A stretch of DNA of 64,000 nt from Obrimoposthia wandeli (Eukaryota): contig CDROCS010000253.1 of assembly GCA_977020255.1 (NCBI GenBank), positions 1,240,001-1,304,000 on the forward strand. The letters are read 5' to 3'. The stretch's first letter is position 1. Every line of letters starts with the position of its first letter. The position numbers and the translations under genes were made by a program. Of this stretch, positions 10,260-22,499 are shown piece by piece. The notes below the pieces were generated by a model. It was not told the DNA's origin. It saw only the letters and a list, made by a program, of their open reading frames with translations, and ran no database searches.

Positions 10260-10868
10260 CTAGTCCTTTCCGTTGTTTAATGATTGAGGTTTAGTTGCTT
10301 TCGAGTGGGCTTTGGCGGCTAACATAGCGCGGTAGTCTTTTACGGTTTGCAGTAGGAAGAAAAATACCATCATCGCAAAACCAAAGATCATACTGCCACT
10401 CCATAATCCTTTAGGCCATTGTAGATAGAGACTCATTCGTCCTTTATCAATGACAAATAGTCCGTATTTAGTTGCATAATAGCCAAAAACACAGGCGGCA
10501 ATGGTACAAATAATAGATACAATAAAGCGGATCATCTCAATTTTAAATGGGTCACTGACAACGAGGCTGACGATACCACCGTGAATATGTGCCCGCTGCT
10601 TAGTTGCATAGCCCATACCGAGAAAATAGATCCATACCGCCATTAAAATTGCAGCTTCTTCTATTCCCGCAAAAGGAGAATCGAGCGCATAACGCATGAT
10701 GACTTGGGTGAACATTAATATGGCGAGTCCAAGGCCGCTAAAAATCATCAGTGCTTTGAGGGAGAAGTCGAGCAAATCTCCAATCTGCTGAAGTACATCT
10801 TTTTTTACTTTTTCTGGTAAATCAACATGCTGTGGCTGACTACCGGATTTTAATTTACTGGTATTCAT
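10260..10868 (-). CDS. dctQ: TRAP transporter small permease
   Basis: 4 TM segments, QVIMRY, EEAA..MAVW..FLG...A.....HI; sits between dctP and dctM. Confidence 0.9.
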   Translation of the reverse strand: MNTSKLKSGSQPQHVDLPEKVKKDVLQQIGDLLDFSLKALMIFSGLGLAILMFTQVIMRYALDSPFAGIEEAAILMAVWIYFLGMGYATKQRAHIHGGIVSLVVSDPFKIEMIRFIVSIICTIAACVFGYYATKYGLFVIDKGRMSLYLQWPKGLWSGSMIFGFAMMVFFFLLQTVKDYRAMLAAKAHSKATKPQSLNNGKD

Positions 10869-10897
10869 AAATACGTCTCCTTATAACGGGAAAATTT

Positions 10898-10929
10898 TGG
10901 GCTAGGTCAGATAAAACTGACCTAGCCCA
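10898..10929. other. Intercistronic hairpin between dctP and dctQ
   Basis: tgggctaggtcag-N6-ctgacctagccca; typical position for an mRNA-stabilising or attenuating stem. Confidence 0.6.
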
Positions 10930-10948
10930 GGTTAATCCTGATAAGGAA

Positions 10949-11974
10949 TTACTTAATACCCGCTATCTCACGCATCATTTTCATGATGTCGCTACCAACC
11001 TTTTTCTCCATATAAGGCCACTCTTTGGCGTACAAAATAGCCTTTGCTTTTGCTCGGTCTTCATCTGATAACTCAATGACTTTAATATCAGCATCGCGCA
11101 CCTTATCTAAAAACCCGTTATCAATCGTCTCTGCTTCCTGCCATGCCCATTTAAGTGTTTCATCAGCAGCCGCTTGCATCTTCTTTCTCTCTGTAGCCGG
11201 AAGATCTTCCCACCAATCTTTATTAACTAACCAGAAAGCGTGCTCAAAATAATCACGGGTTAAAATGTAAGCTTCGAGCACATCACGCATTTGATAGATT
11301 TCAACGGCTGGACCAAATGCACGACCGTCAACAGTACCTAATTGCAGTGCGGTATATAACTCGGAATACGGCATAGGAACCGCAGAAAATCCCCAGTTTT
11401 TAAAACGCTCAATAGCTAGTGGTGATGGGATCACCCGCATTTTTATGCCTTTTGCATCTTCAGGAAAGCTGGTCGGAATTTTATCAACACCTTTACGGAT
11501 GGTTATAGAACCAAAACCGGTTGGGATAGTACCTAGCGCAATCAAATCCATATCGGCAAAAATTTTATTGTAAACATTAAGCATTGGACCACCTGGGCCG
11601 TAAACTTTACGTGCGCTTTCCCAGTCATCAACCACATAACCGAGCCAGGTCAGATCGAGTCGACCATCAAATTCAGATGCACCATAAGTAATAGTCATGG
11701 GAATAACACCCATCATTGCTTGCTCAAACTGGGAGGTCCAATCGCCTAAATCACCACCCGGATGATAATCAGCTTTATAAGAAGAGCCTTTATCCTTGAG
11801 TTGTTCCATGAACTTCACAGAAGTATGATGAAAAATATGTTCGGTGTTATAAGACTGGGCAAAAATGAAGTCATCATCAGCCACTGCCGTATTGATTGCT
11901 GATACACTTAATATTGCAGTAAGGCTGAAAGCACTAATTAGTCTTTTTTTGTTAAATTTAATATTGTTTAACAT
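10949..11974 (-). CDS. dctP: TRAP substrate-binding protein
   Basis: Signal peptide, KGIKMRV (conserved Arg), AVPMPYSELYTALQLGTVDG. Confidence 0.92.
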   Translation of the reverse strand: MLNNIKFNKKRLISAFSLTAILSVSAINTAVADDDFIFAQSYNTEHIFHHTSVKFMEQLKDKGSSYKADYHPGGDLGDWTSQFEQAMMGVIPMTITYGASEFDGRLDLTWLGYVVDDWESARKVYGPGGPMLNVYNKIFADMDLIALGTIPTGFGSITIRKGVDKIPTSFPEDAKGIKMRVIPSPLAIERFKNWGFSAVPMPYSELYTALQLGTVDGRAFGPAVEIYQMRDVLEAYILTRDYFEHAFWLVNKDWWEDLPATERKKMQAAADETLKWAWQEAETIDNGFLDKVRDADIKVIELSDEDRAKAKAILYAKEWPYMEKKVGSDIMKMMREIAGIK

Positions 11975-12101
11975 TGTAATAATCCTCTGTTTTAGGTTTT
12001 ATATGCCTTAAGTCAGAATTATTATTATATTCTGACTTAGGCGAGGTCAATTTGAGTCTCCCATGCTTTATAGTTTAAATAAAAATAAAAAATCATAACT
12101 A

Positions 12102-12122
12102 AAGTTAACTATTTGCTTACCT
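12102..12122. promoter_or_regulatory. Putative BauR operator 2 (TRAP operon)
   Basis: AAGTTAACTATTTGCTTACCT, 18/21 identical to the site at 4503; 128 bp upstream of dctP. Confidence 0.65.
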
Positions 12123-12567
12123 AAAATATCCCCATCTTGATAACTAATATCAAGACTATTAAATTTATTCCCACCATAGAGCTATGTAAGAGGCTCAATA
12201 ATAAGTTAACTTTATTTGGGTATAGACATTCTAACTCTACTGATTATTGTGCTGTTTTATAGCTTCTTACAAGCTCGCGAAGAATCAGTTTAAAAGACTT
12301 AATAAGCGCAATTATTGATTTCGATAAGAACGTAAAAGAGAAGTATATTATTAAATAATGTAGGGGCCATTATCATGAGCATACCCTCCACATGCTCTTC
12401 AATTGTTCTTTTAAGGATTTTAAGTTTCGCTGAGTAGGAAATAATTTAAATGACTTGGTAGAACCATTTGCTCGATTGCTAATTGATCTAGAATCAAGGC
12501 AATGATCATCACTGGATACACACATGGAATTTTAGTAATGGGTATATCATTATTATTTAACGAGGGA

Positions 12568-13494
12568 TTATTTTACCGACTTACTATTGAGTAGCTCCAT
12601 AAAGGCATCTAAAATTATGTTTGAACGGGTACTCTTTTGGACAATAGCCGAGTAATAGCTGGCGATGCGAAATTTAGCTGGTTTTATTGCCCTCATCTTG
12701 CCATCAGTCACCCACTGTTTGGTAAAGTGCGTGGGTAAATAACCAATGTAGCGTCCGGTAAAAATCAAAAAAGCGATGCCTTCACGATCGCTGGCGCTGG
12801 CGCTGCTATTGAGCTTTTGCAACGATCGCTTAATTTCAGGTGTCTGTTGATAAGAGAGTACAACCGCATCAGACTTTGAGATCATCGTGTTGGTCAGTTG
12901 CTTATCGTTGAGGTTAAAATGTGGGTGGTCATTACTGCAATAAAGTAGTGATTCTTCCTGATATAGTTCATGGTAATTGAGGCTGGGCAATAGCCGTAGT
13001 TCCGGTACTACACCGACATGTAACCGTCCATCTATAACATCGACTTCGATTTGATCTGGTGGCATCATCCTGATGTTAATTCGTATTTCAGGTCCTAAAT
13101 CCTTCAATGCCATGAGTGCATTAGTGAGCTGCATGTGCTCGATGGAGACCAAATTATCGGTAATGCCAATATTAAGTTCACCTTTAAGTTGATCATTAAT
13201 ACCATTGACCTGAGTCCGAAATGTTTCTAACGCACTAAGCAGTTCGATAATAGACTGATAAACCTCTGCGCCTTCTTCAGTCAGAGAAAAACCGGTACGA
13301 CCACGCTGACAAAGTTTTAAATTAAGTCGCTGTTCAAGATCTGAAATAGCAATACTGATTGCCGGACGACTAATATTTAATTCGACCTCTGCGGCTGAAA
13401 AGCCTGCACAATCCACTACGGTTTTAAATATACGTAATATACGCAGATCAATATTACTGATCTGGCTTGTGAAAGCTCGCTTTTTAAATGTCAT
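12568..13494 (-). CDS. LysR-family regulator, BauR-like
   Basis: IDLRILRIFKTVVDCAGFSAAEVELNISRPAISIAISDLEQRL...CQRGRTGFSLTEEG, similar to Pseudomonas BauR N-terminus as recalled. Confidence 0.88.
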   Translation of the reverse strand: MTFKKRAFTSQISNIDLRILRIFKTVVDCAGFSAAEVELNISRPAISIAISDLEQRLNLKLCQRGRTGFSLTEEGAEVYQSIIELLSALETFRTQVNGINDQLKGELNIGITDNLVSIEHMQLTNALMALKDLGPEIRINIRMMPPDQIEVDVIDGRLHVGVVPELRLLPSLNYHELYQEESLLYCSNDHPHFNLNDKQLTNTMISKSDAVVLSYQQTPEIKRSLQKLNSSASASDREGIAFLIFTGRYIGYLPTHFTKQWVTDGKMRAIKPAKFRIASYYSAIVQKSTRSNIILDAFMELLNSKSVK

Positions 13495-13528
13495 ATTTCA
13501 CCATTTTTACATGTCATATTTCACCAAT

Positions 13529-13549
13529 AGGTAAATAAACATTTAACTT
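13529..13549. promoter_or_regulatory. Putative BauR operator 3 (divergent LysR/porin region)
   Basis: Reverse complement AAGTTAAATGTTTATTTACCT matches the motif at 4503 and 12102. Confidence 0.6.
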
Positions 13550-13796
13550 AAGTTAATAATGTTTGAATTTATTTAAGTTATCAGCCGATCAAGTATTAGT
13601 CAATATCGACACTAGGGCAACCAATAAGTGGGCTGGGATCTGACTTATCACATTGGCGTTATTCAGCCTCGATATTAAAATGCGGTAACAAAATCTATTT
13701 GAACTAAAAATAATTAATAACTACAGAAAAATAGCACGTAGCTTAATAAATTCCGCGCTTAAAAACATAACTATAACAATATGAATAGGGAACACT

Positions 13797-14852
13797 ATGA
13801 ATAATTTTAACTTTAAAACATCACTACTTACTTTAGCGATTCTGTTACCAACATCTGCAGCCTATGCAGAGACTTCTGAAGAAAGCTTAAAAAAACAGCT
13901 GACAGCAATTCAGATTCGTTTGGCGCAATTAGAGGAATCTAAAAAACCGGCAGCAGATGCAAGTGAAACATCTATCAATTTTTACGGTACTTTACGTCCA
14001 ACTTTTGGTGTTACAAGCAGTGATAGTGCCGATAGCTGGGATGTTGGTGATGCATTATCACGCATAGGTATCGCAGCAGAGCATAAATTAAGTAATGGTA
14101 TGACGGGTTTTGCCAAAGGTGAGTTTAAAGTTCAAATTCAAGGTGATGCGCACTTTGGCGATGCACGTAAAGCTTATGTTGGTATAAAAGGCGATTTTGG
14201 TCGTATTGCCATAGGTAAACAAGATACCACTCAATTCGCCATCATTGCCGGTCCAGTTGATATTTTCAACCGTTCAGCATCACCACTTGCTTATGATGAT
14301 GTTGGCCCATTTCGTCAACAAGAAATGGTTAGCTACAGAAAGAGCTTTGGTAACGTAGATTTTCGTATTGAAGCTCAATTCAAAGGTGAAAGCGATATTG
14401 AAGGTAGTGACTTAGTTAATGGTGGTGTTCAATATACAGGTGAAAGCTTTACTTTAGCTGCTGCTTACTTAACAAAAGATCTTGCTGGAACTGACCAGAA
14501 TACCTTGGGTGTCTCAGCGTCAAAATCATTCGGTGACTGGTATGTTGCTGCAGCTTATCAAGACGTTGACCGCGGTGGTAATGGTCAAGATATCAATACC
14601 ATTGATTTAGTTGGCGCCTATCGTATTAATGAGAGCTACAAGCTTAAAGCGGGCTACTCTTTATTTTCTGATGATTTTATGCCTGCTGATAGTAATGAAG
14701 TTACTCGCTTTAATACCACGTTAGAATGGCAAGGCAGTCCGGATTATCGCTTATTTGTTGAATTTCAAAATAATAATTTTGAAGCTGATAACGCGAGAGA
14801 TAATAATCAACTAATCGTTGGTATGCGTTACAACTTTGATTATAACTTTTAA
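13797..14852 (+). CDS. Gram-negative porin with N-terminal coiled coil
   Basis: Signal peptide, INFYGTLR, SRIG, RKAYVGIKGDFGRIAIGKQ, C-terminal GMRYNFDYNF. Confidence 0.88.
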   Translation: MNNFNFKTSLLTLAILLPTSAAYAETSEESLKKQLTAIQIRLAQLEESKKPAADASETSINFYGTLRPTFGVTSSDSADSWDVGDALSRIGIAAEHKLSNGMTGFAKGEFKVQIQGDAHFGDARKAYVGIKGDFGRIAIGKQDTTQFAIIAGPVDIFNRSASPLAYDDVGPFRQQEMVSYRKSFGNVDFRIEAQFKGESDIEGSDLVNGGVQYTGESFTLAAAYLTKDLAGTDQNTLGVSASKSFGDWYVAAAYQDVDRGGNGQDINTIDLVGAYRINESYKLKAGYSLFSDDFMPADSNEVTRFNTTLEWQGSPDYRLFVEFQNNNFEADNARDNNQLIVGMRYNFDYNF

Positions 14853-14890
14853 TTTATTTGGTAACTACTCAGCCTAAATAAAATTATTTT

Positions 14891-14932
14891 AAAGATTCAA
14901 AAGGATCAGTTGTTTGATCCTTTTGAATCTTT
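14891..14932. terminator. Bidirectional terminator porin/hutD
   Basis: aaagattcaaaaggatca-N6-tgatccttttgaatcttt between convergent genes. Confidence 0.8.
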
Positions 14933-14946
14933 TTTAATATTTAGCA

Positions 14947-15546
14947 TCATTCGATAATTTCGAGTTGCACTATGATCATATTTTTACCCGTTAAACACAT
15001 TGTTAGCTGGTCGTTCGCTACTTCGTTACTCGTCGCCGAAAGTTTGGCTAAGCAACCAACAGGTACTCGAGTATTTCCCCCATCTATGGTTGCCACAGCA
15101 ATGTCATCAGTTAGGCTATAAGCGAAACAAAAGTGAGTGCTGTTAAGTTTTATTTTCACTTTTTGACGTTCACCGTAACATTGTACCGTCGGAGTAACCG
15201 TGCCTATTTGGGTCATAATATTGAAGTCTTTAATGCCGCCATTAATTAAAGCACCATAGGTTTTACTAGCGCCATCAAAGCAAGCAATATCAAGTAACTG
15301 GGTTAGTTTATCAACATCACCATTTCGGTGGTCAAGTGTTAAACCATTACCTTCAATTAATATTAAATTACGTTGATAACCAGCAAAGTTTGAAAAGTCA
15401 CCATCATTTACCACACTGGCAATACTTAGGCGCCAATCAAAATCATCCAAATTACCACCATCGCTAATGGCTAATTCAGTAGTGTGGCCTAAACCATTTT
15501 TCCATGGAATAGTTTTAAAATTTTCAGGAGTGAATACAGTAAGCAT
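14947..15546 (-). CDS. HutD/Ves family protein
   Basis: PWKNGLGHTTEL, FDWRLSIASV, FSNFAGYQR, DFNIM. Confidence 0.88.
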   Translation of the reverse strand: MLTVFTPENFKTIPWKNGLGHTTELAISDGGNLDDFDWRLSIASVVNDGDFSNFAGYQRNLILIEGNGLTLDHRNGDVDKLTQLLDIACFDGASKTYGALINGGIKDFNIMTQIGTVTPTVQCYGERQKVKIKLNSTHFCFAYSLTDDIAVATIDGGNTRVPVGCLAKLSATSNEVANDQLTMCLTGKNMIIVQLEIIE

Positions 15547-15759
15547 AGATGACCTTCAGCGTAATTTTTTTGCCATATTACTTAGTTTATCTTCATAGGC
15601 AAGGTTATTTATGTGTCGCTTTATTTTGATAATTACAGTAGACCAAGCGGATTAATTTATTAGTCCGCTTGGTATTAGTACTTGCTATGCGCTCTGCGCT
15701 CACGTTAGAATTAAAAGCGTGAATAGTTAATACTTTCAAATTAAGCATTAACTACCACA

Positions 15760-15845
15760 AGACTTGTCGGAGTGCCAAAGGCTGAGATCGCGAAAGCGGG
15801 ATCCGTAAAACCTGATCAGATTAATATCTGCGTAGGAAACAAGAG
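15760..15845 (+). ncRNA. TPP riboswitch
   Basis: cttgtcGGAGTGCC...GCTGAGA...GATCCGT.AACCTGATCAGATTAATATCTGCGTAGGAAacaag upstream of thiC. Confidence 0.95.
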
Positions 15846-15963
15846 AGAGTGATTAAGCCCTTGTGCTTAGATTTTACCAACCTCTTTTTGCCTATTCTTT
15901 AGCTAAATAATAGTTAAAGAAACTCCGCCTATTTTTATTCTTTTCTGACTTTTATGTAAATAA

Positions 15964-17970
<2,007 letters not shown>

Positions 17971-17986
17971 TTACGGCAGATAAACG

Positions 17987-19168
17987 ATGAATATTGCCAT
18001 TGTTGGCGCAGGATTGATGGGGCGATTACTCGCCCTGTATTTACTGCGAGAAAAACAGTCCCAAAACGTAACCATTACTTTATTTGATAAAGATAAGAAA
18101 CTCGCTCATAACAGTGCTGCCTATGCTGCAGCAGGTTTATTAACGCCATTAGGGGAGTCACTTCATTGTGAGCCTAATATTGTCAGTATGGGTTTTGAGT
18201 CGTTACGTTTATGGCCAGCTTTGCTCGACAGTTTGGATGAATATACTCTTTTTCAACAAACTGGCGCTATCATGGTAAGTCATGAGCAAGACAAAGGTGA
18301 CTATCAGCGCTTTGTTAGACACCTTAATAATAACTATCCCGAACATAAATTACATACGCTAGATCGTGCGAAATTGCTTGAACTAGAACCTGAAATAGGA
18401 CGAAGTTTTAATCAAGGTTTGTACCTGCCACAAGAAGGGCAGATTGGTAATCGTCGCTTGTTAATTGCCTTACGAAAACAGCTTGAAAAAGAAGGAGAGA
18501 GCAGCAATGGCGTTAACTCGCTAAACTGGTTAAGTGAGTGTGAGGTTCTTGCTATTGAAAACACTGAACTTATCAGTAAAGTTAGCTATCAACAGTGCGG
18601 GATCAATTGTAGCCAATCATTTGATTTAGTGATTGATTGTCGAGGTACTGGCGCGAGTAATAAAAATAGTCATCGTGCTTGCGCACCATTAAGTGACTTA
18701 CGTTCTGTTAGGGGGGAACTGTTCCAACTATTTGCCCCTGAAGTGAAAATTTCCAGACCGATACGATTGATGCACCCTAGATATCAGCTTTATATAGCCC
18801 CTAAAGGCAAAGGTTTTTATGTGGTGGGTGCCACTGAAATTGAAAGCGACGATGACTCAGCCATGACAGTTCGCTCAGCGATGGAATTACTCAGTGCGGC
18901 TTATAGCGTGCATCCAGGGTTTGCTGAAGCAAATATTCGTCAACACGTTAGTCAGTGTCGACCAGCCTTTAGTGATAATCAGCCTAAAATCACTCAAAAG
19001 GGTAGTTTAATACAGGTAAATGGCTTATTTCGTCACGGTTTTTTAATTGCCCCTGTAGTGCTTAAGCAAGTGTTAGCCCTGGCCAATAATCGGATAAATA
19101 ATAGCATCGATGATTTGCCCTATAATAATTATTTATGTACAGAGCAACGACAAGAAGAGGTGATTTAA
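17987..19168 (+). CDS. thiO: Glycine oxidase
   Basis: GAGLMG Rossmann motif, AAAGLL, VRGE, RPAF, NGLFRHGFL; lies in the thi operon. Confidence 0.9.
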   Translation: MNIAIVGAGLMGRLLALYLLREKQSQNVTITLFDKDKKLAHNSAAYAAAGLLTPLGESLHCEPNIVSMGFESLRLWPALLDSLDEYTLFQQTGAIMVSHEQDKGDYQRFVRHLNNNYPEHKLHTLDRAKLLELEPEIGRSFNQGLYLPQEGQIGNRRLLIALRKQLEKEGESSNGVNSLNWLSECEVLAIENTELISKVSYQQCGINCSQSFDLVIDCRGTGASNKNSHRACAPLSDLRSVRGELFQLFAPEVKISRPIRLMHPRYQLYIAPKGKGFYVVGATEIESDDDSAMTVRSAMELLSAAYSVHPGFAEANIRQHVSQCRPAFSDNQPKITQKGSLIQVNGLFRHGFLIAPVVLKQVLALANNRINNSIDDLPYNNYLCTEQRQEEVI

Positions 19169-19380
19169 TGAATATTCATATTAACGGAAAAGCCTATTCG
19201 TTAGGCCATGAAGTACACATTAGTGTCAGTTCAGCATTAACGTTACATTTTATTGAACCACAACAAAGTACTTTTGCGGTGGCGCTTAATGGTGATTTTG
19301 TTGGAAAAGCAGATTATGACACCACTCTAGTAAAAAATGGCGATAGTCTTGATGTGCTACTGCCAATACAAGGGGGGTAA
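19168..19380 (+). CDS. thiS: Sulfur carrier protein ThiS
   Basis: C-terminal IQGG; ATG at 19168 overlaps the thiO stop. Confidence 0.93.
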   Translation: MNIHINGKAYSLGHEVHISVSSALTLHFIEPQQSTFAVALNGDFVGKADYDTTLVKNGDSLDVLLPIQGG

Positions 19381-20177
19381 TGATGTCACTTAATATCTAC
19401 GGACAGCAGCTTGATAGCCGTTTGCTCATTGGCAGCGCACTTTATCCATCACCACAAGTGATGAAACAAGCCATACTAGCTAGTGGTTCACAGGTAGTAA
19501 CTCTCTCGCTGAAACGTCAGAATCCGGCAGAGCAAGCGGGTCAACAAATATGGCGTTACTTACAAGAAATCGTCACCGAAGTGAACGGTCATTTACTGCC
19601 TAATACCGCGGGTTGTAAAACAGCAAAAGAAGCGGTTACGCTGGCGAAAATGAGTCGAGAAATTTTTCAAACCGATTGGATTAAGCTCGAGGTTATTGGT
19701 GACGATTACAATTTACAGCCTGATCCCATTGAGTTACTCAATGCCGCCGAACAACTAATAAACGATGGCTTTAAAGTGCTGCCATATTGCACCGATGATT
19801 TAGTTTTATGTCAGCGTCTTTACGATTTAGGTTGCCAGGTGATTATGCCTTGGGCATCGCCAATAGGTACAGGTAAAGGCTTGATGAACCCTTATAACTT
19901 AGAAACTATTCGTTTACGTCTACCCGATGCAACTTTGATTTTAGATGCGGGCATTGGCAAACCATCGGATGCTTGTTTGGCGATGGAAATGGGTTATGAC
20001 GGTGTTTTGTTAAATAGCGCCGTCGCATTAGCAGATAATCCGGTATTGATGGCCAAAGCTTTTGGGCAAGCGTTACAAGCAGGCGAGCAAGGGTATGTGG
20101 CGGGCATAATGCCCCAAAGACAGACCGCCCACCCATCAACCCCCACTCTCGACACTCCATTTTGGCACCAACCGTGA
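19380..20177 (+). CDS. thiG: Thiazole synthase
   Basis: [38 protein letters not shown]. Confidence 0.97.
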   Translation: MMSLNIYGQQLDSRLLIGSALYPSPQVMKQAILASGSQVVTLSLKRQNPAEQAGQQIWRYLQEIVTEVNGHLLPNTAGCKTAKEAVTLAKMSREIFQTDWIKLEVIGDDYNLQPDPIELLNAAEQLINDGFKVLPYCTDDLVLCQRLYDLGCQVIMPWASPIGTGKGLMNPYNLETIRLRLPDATLILDAGIGKPSDACLAMEMGYDGVLLNSAVALADNPVLMAKAFGQALQAGEQGYVAGIMPQRQTAHPSTPTLDTPFWHQP

Positions 20178-20294
20178 GTTAAACGGCTTATTGCTATAGT
20201 GTCCAATTAAGGCGTCAAAAGTACTCATTGACTAACGTCAACTCCGTGCTATTTCCTTGTAATTGAACACTACAGCTGTAAGCCGTCTAACTCA
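20175..20294. repeat. 120-bp palindromic intergenic element
   Basis: Terminal IR tgagttaaacggctta/taagccgtctaactca and nested IR tagtgtccaatta/taattgaacacta, each with one mismatch. Confidence 0.7.
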
Positions 20295-20321
20295 GTTCTA
20301 AATTATTTAATTTTAAACTCA

Positions 20322-21980
20322 GTGAAAATAGTGATATTGATGGCTAACATGATTGATATGAATAAGAAAAAACCGATAATCTGGACCATCTCCGGTAGTG
20401 ATTGCTCTGGTGGGGCAGGTATTGCGGCGGATATTAAAACGGGTCATGGTTTAGGTGTGGAAGTTTGTCACCTTATTACCGCCAATACCGTGCAAAACTC
20501 ACAGCAACTGCTGTCGGTTAATGCCATTGCTGTTGAGTTATTACAGCAACAAGCCGCGTTATTAATGGATGACAAACCACCATCGGTCATCAAAATTGGT
20601 TTAGTGGCTAACATAGCGCAAGTGCAGTGGTTAGCTCAGTTTATCGAGCAAACAAAAAAACTAATACCTCACTTAATAAGTGTTTATGATCCTGTTGGAC
20701 AAGCCAGTGTCGGTGGCAGTTTTAGCGCACTTACGTTGGCGCAGCTTACTCCTTTATTACAGCAAGTTAATATTATTACGCCAAACTTGATGGAAGCGAA
20801 AAACTTAACCAGATCAGCTGATTTAGTTGATGACAGTGATAAAAATGAAACAACTGTCGAAGTATTGGCTAAAAAGATTTATCAGAATTTTGGCGTCAGC
20901 TCTATTATCATTAAAGGCGGCCACAGTACGGATGAAAAAAGCAGTAGTGATTACTGTTACCATCAATTAAATCAGCTGCATGGCAAGCAAGACAACCAAG
21001 ATAAAAGCCAAATCGCGATTAGTTATCAACTTAACTCACCACGGCTAGCCACACATTATACTCACGGTGGTGGTTGTAGTTTTGCCACGGCCTTATCAGC
21101 TTTTCTTGGCCAAGGTTATTTAGTACGTGATGCTTTTACCTTAGCAAAAGCGTTTATTACTCAAGGTTTAAGCGCTAGTGAGCAGGCTAGCAAGTTATAC
21201 GGTCATCAATATTATGGTGCCTTTGAGCAACAAGGTTGGCCGAGAAAATCTCAGTACTTCGCCCATGTTGTTGATCAGTTAAGTGTTCAATACCAAGCCT
21301 TACCGGCATTTAACTCATTAAATTTAGCAGGAAAACAACTTGGTCTTTATCCGGTTATTGATTCATTATACTGGCTAAAACGATTACTACCGTTGGGCTT
21401 AGAAATTATTCAGCTACGGGTGAAAAACTTAACTGGAAGTGAATTAGAACAGGTCATTATTGCCGCCGTAGCGCTGGCGAAAGAATATCATACGCGTCTG
21501 TTTATTAATGATTATTGGCAGCTGGCTATTAAGCACGGTGCTTACGGTGTTCATATTGGTCAAGAAGATCTACAAAATGCAGATCTAACTGTAATTCAGC
21601 AGTCGGGAATACGTTTAGGTATAAGTACTCACGGCTGTTATGAGTTTTTATTAGCACAGCAGTTACAACCGTCTTATTTAGCTATCGGCGCCATTTTCGC
21701 CACCAAAACGAAAGACATGACCGGGCAAATTCAAGGGCTTGATAACTTAAGGCAAGTATTAGCTTTGCGCCCTGAAAATAAGCAAAACCAAATCCCCGTG
21801 GTTGCTATTGGTGGCATTAATCTAGAGCGTGCAACCGAGGTTGTCGCAACCGGCGTAGAAAGTATTGCCGTGATTACCGCGATAACCGAAGCTGAAAGCT
21901 CTTATGGCATTTCATCTGAGCAGGCAGTGGCAAAATTACAAAACATAGTTTTACCAAGTAATGAGTATAGTCCTGCTTAG
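20322..21980 (+). CDS. thiDE: Fused HMP(-P) kinase / thiamine-phosphate synthase (true start may be ATG 20340-20358)
   Basis: N-terminal GSDCSGGAGIAAD, ITPNL.EA, HGGGCS; C-terminal IQLRVK, FINDYW, GVHIGQED, VAIGGI. Confidence 0.9.
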   Translation: MKIVILMANMIDMNKKKPIIWTISGSDCSGGAGIAADIKTGHGLGVEVCHLITANTVQNSQQLLSVNAIAVELLQQQAALLMDDKPPSVIKIGLVANIAQVQWLAQFIEQTKKLIPHLISVYDPVGQASVGGSFSALTLAQLTPLLQQVNIITPNLMEAKNLTRSADLVDDSDKNETTVEVLAKKIYQNFGVSSIIIKGGHSTDEKSSSDYCYHQLNQLHGKQDNQDKSQIAISYQLNSPRLATHYTHGGGCSFATALSAFLGQGYLVRDAFTLAKAFITQGLSASEQASKLYGHQYYGAFEQQGWPRKSQYFAHVVDQLSVQYQALPAFNSLNLAGKQLGLYPVIDSLYWLKRLLPLGLEIIQLRVKNLTGSELEQVIIAAVALAKEYHTRLFINDYWQLAIKHGAYGVHIGQEDLQNADLTVIQQSGIRLGISTHGCYEFLLAQQLQPSYLAIGAIFATKTKDMTGQIQGLDNLRQVLALRPENKQNQIPVVAIGGINLERATEVVATGVESIAVITAITEAESSYGISSEQAVAKLQNIVLPSNEYSPA

Positions 21981-22016
21981 CTTTATCTAATCTCAGTTAA
22001 GTTAATAAAAACTAAT

Positions 22017-22499
22017 ATGCAAATAACAGGGAAAATAATGAAATATTTAGAAAATAAGATCCCGCCACCTTTAGTCGCGGTATTCATTGCTGCTGGTATG
22101 TGGTGGTTAAGTACCTTAACACCGGTCATTTTATTAACGAGCACGCTAAAGATAACATTGGTTATTGGCTTTATTATTATCGGTATATTTTTTGCTCTTT
22201 CAGGTGCAATATCTTTCCGATTGGCTAAAACTACTGTTAACCCATTAAAGCCTAATACTGCAAGTGCTTTGGTAACTTCAGGTATTTATCAGTTTACCCG
22301 CAATCCTATGTATGTTGGTTTTGTCGCATTTTTATTGGCTTGGGCTAGTTACTTAGGCTCGGCGTGGGCCGTGACTTTAATTATGTTGTATATGGCTTAT
22401 ATTCAACACTTCCAGATAACTCCCGAAGAGAGAGCGTTAACGGTATTATTTAAAGATGAATTTGCGGACTATAAAAATAAAGTTCGAACTTGGTTGTAA
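22017..22499 (+). CDS. Isoprenylcysteine carboxyl methyltransferase family protein
   Basis: TTVNP, LVTSGIYQFTRNPMY, EER.L...F..EF..YK..VR.W. Confidence 0.88.
   Translation: MQITGKIMKYLENKIPPPLVAVFIAAGMWWLSTLTPVILLTSTLKITLVIGFIIIGIFFALSGAISFRLAKTTVNPLKPNTASALVTSGIYQFTRNPMYVGFVAFLLAWASYLGSAWAVTLIMLYMAYIQHFQITPEERALTVLFKDEFADYKNKVRTWL

Noticed and set aside
8949-11974. Literal C4-dicarboxylate function for dctPQM
   Set aside because: The dct names denote the family only; context and shared operator point to another substrate
12240-12545. Minus-strand stretch PTQRNLKSLKEQLKSMWR resembling a group II intron maturase
   Set aside because: Too short, interrupted by stops, no RT motifs or intron domain V; best left as unidentified decayed DNA
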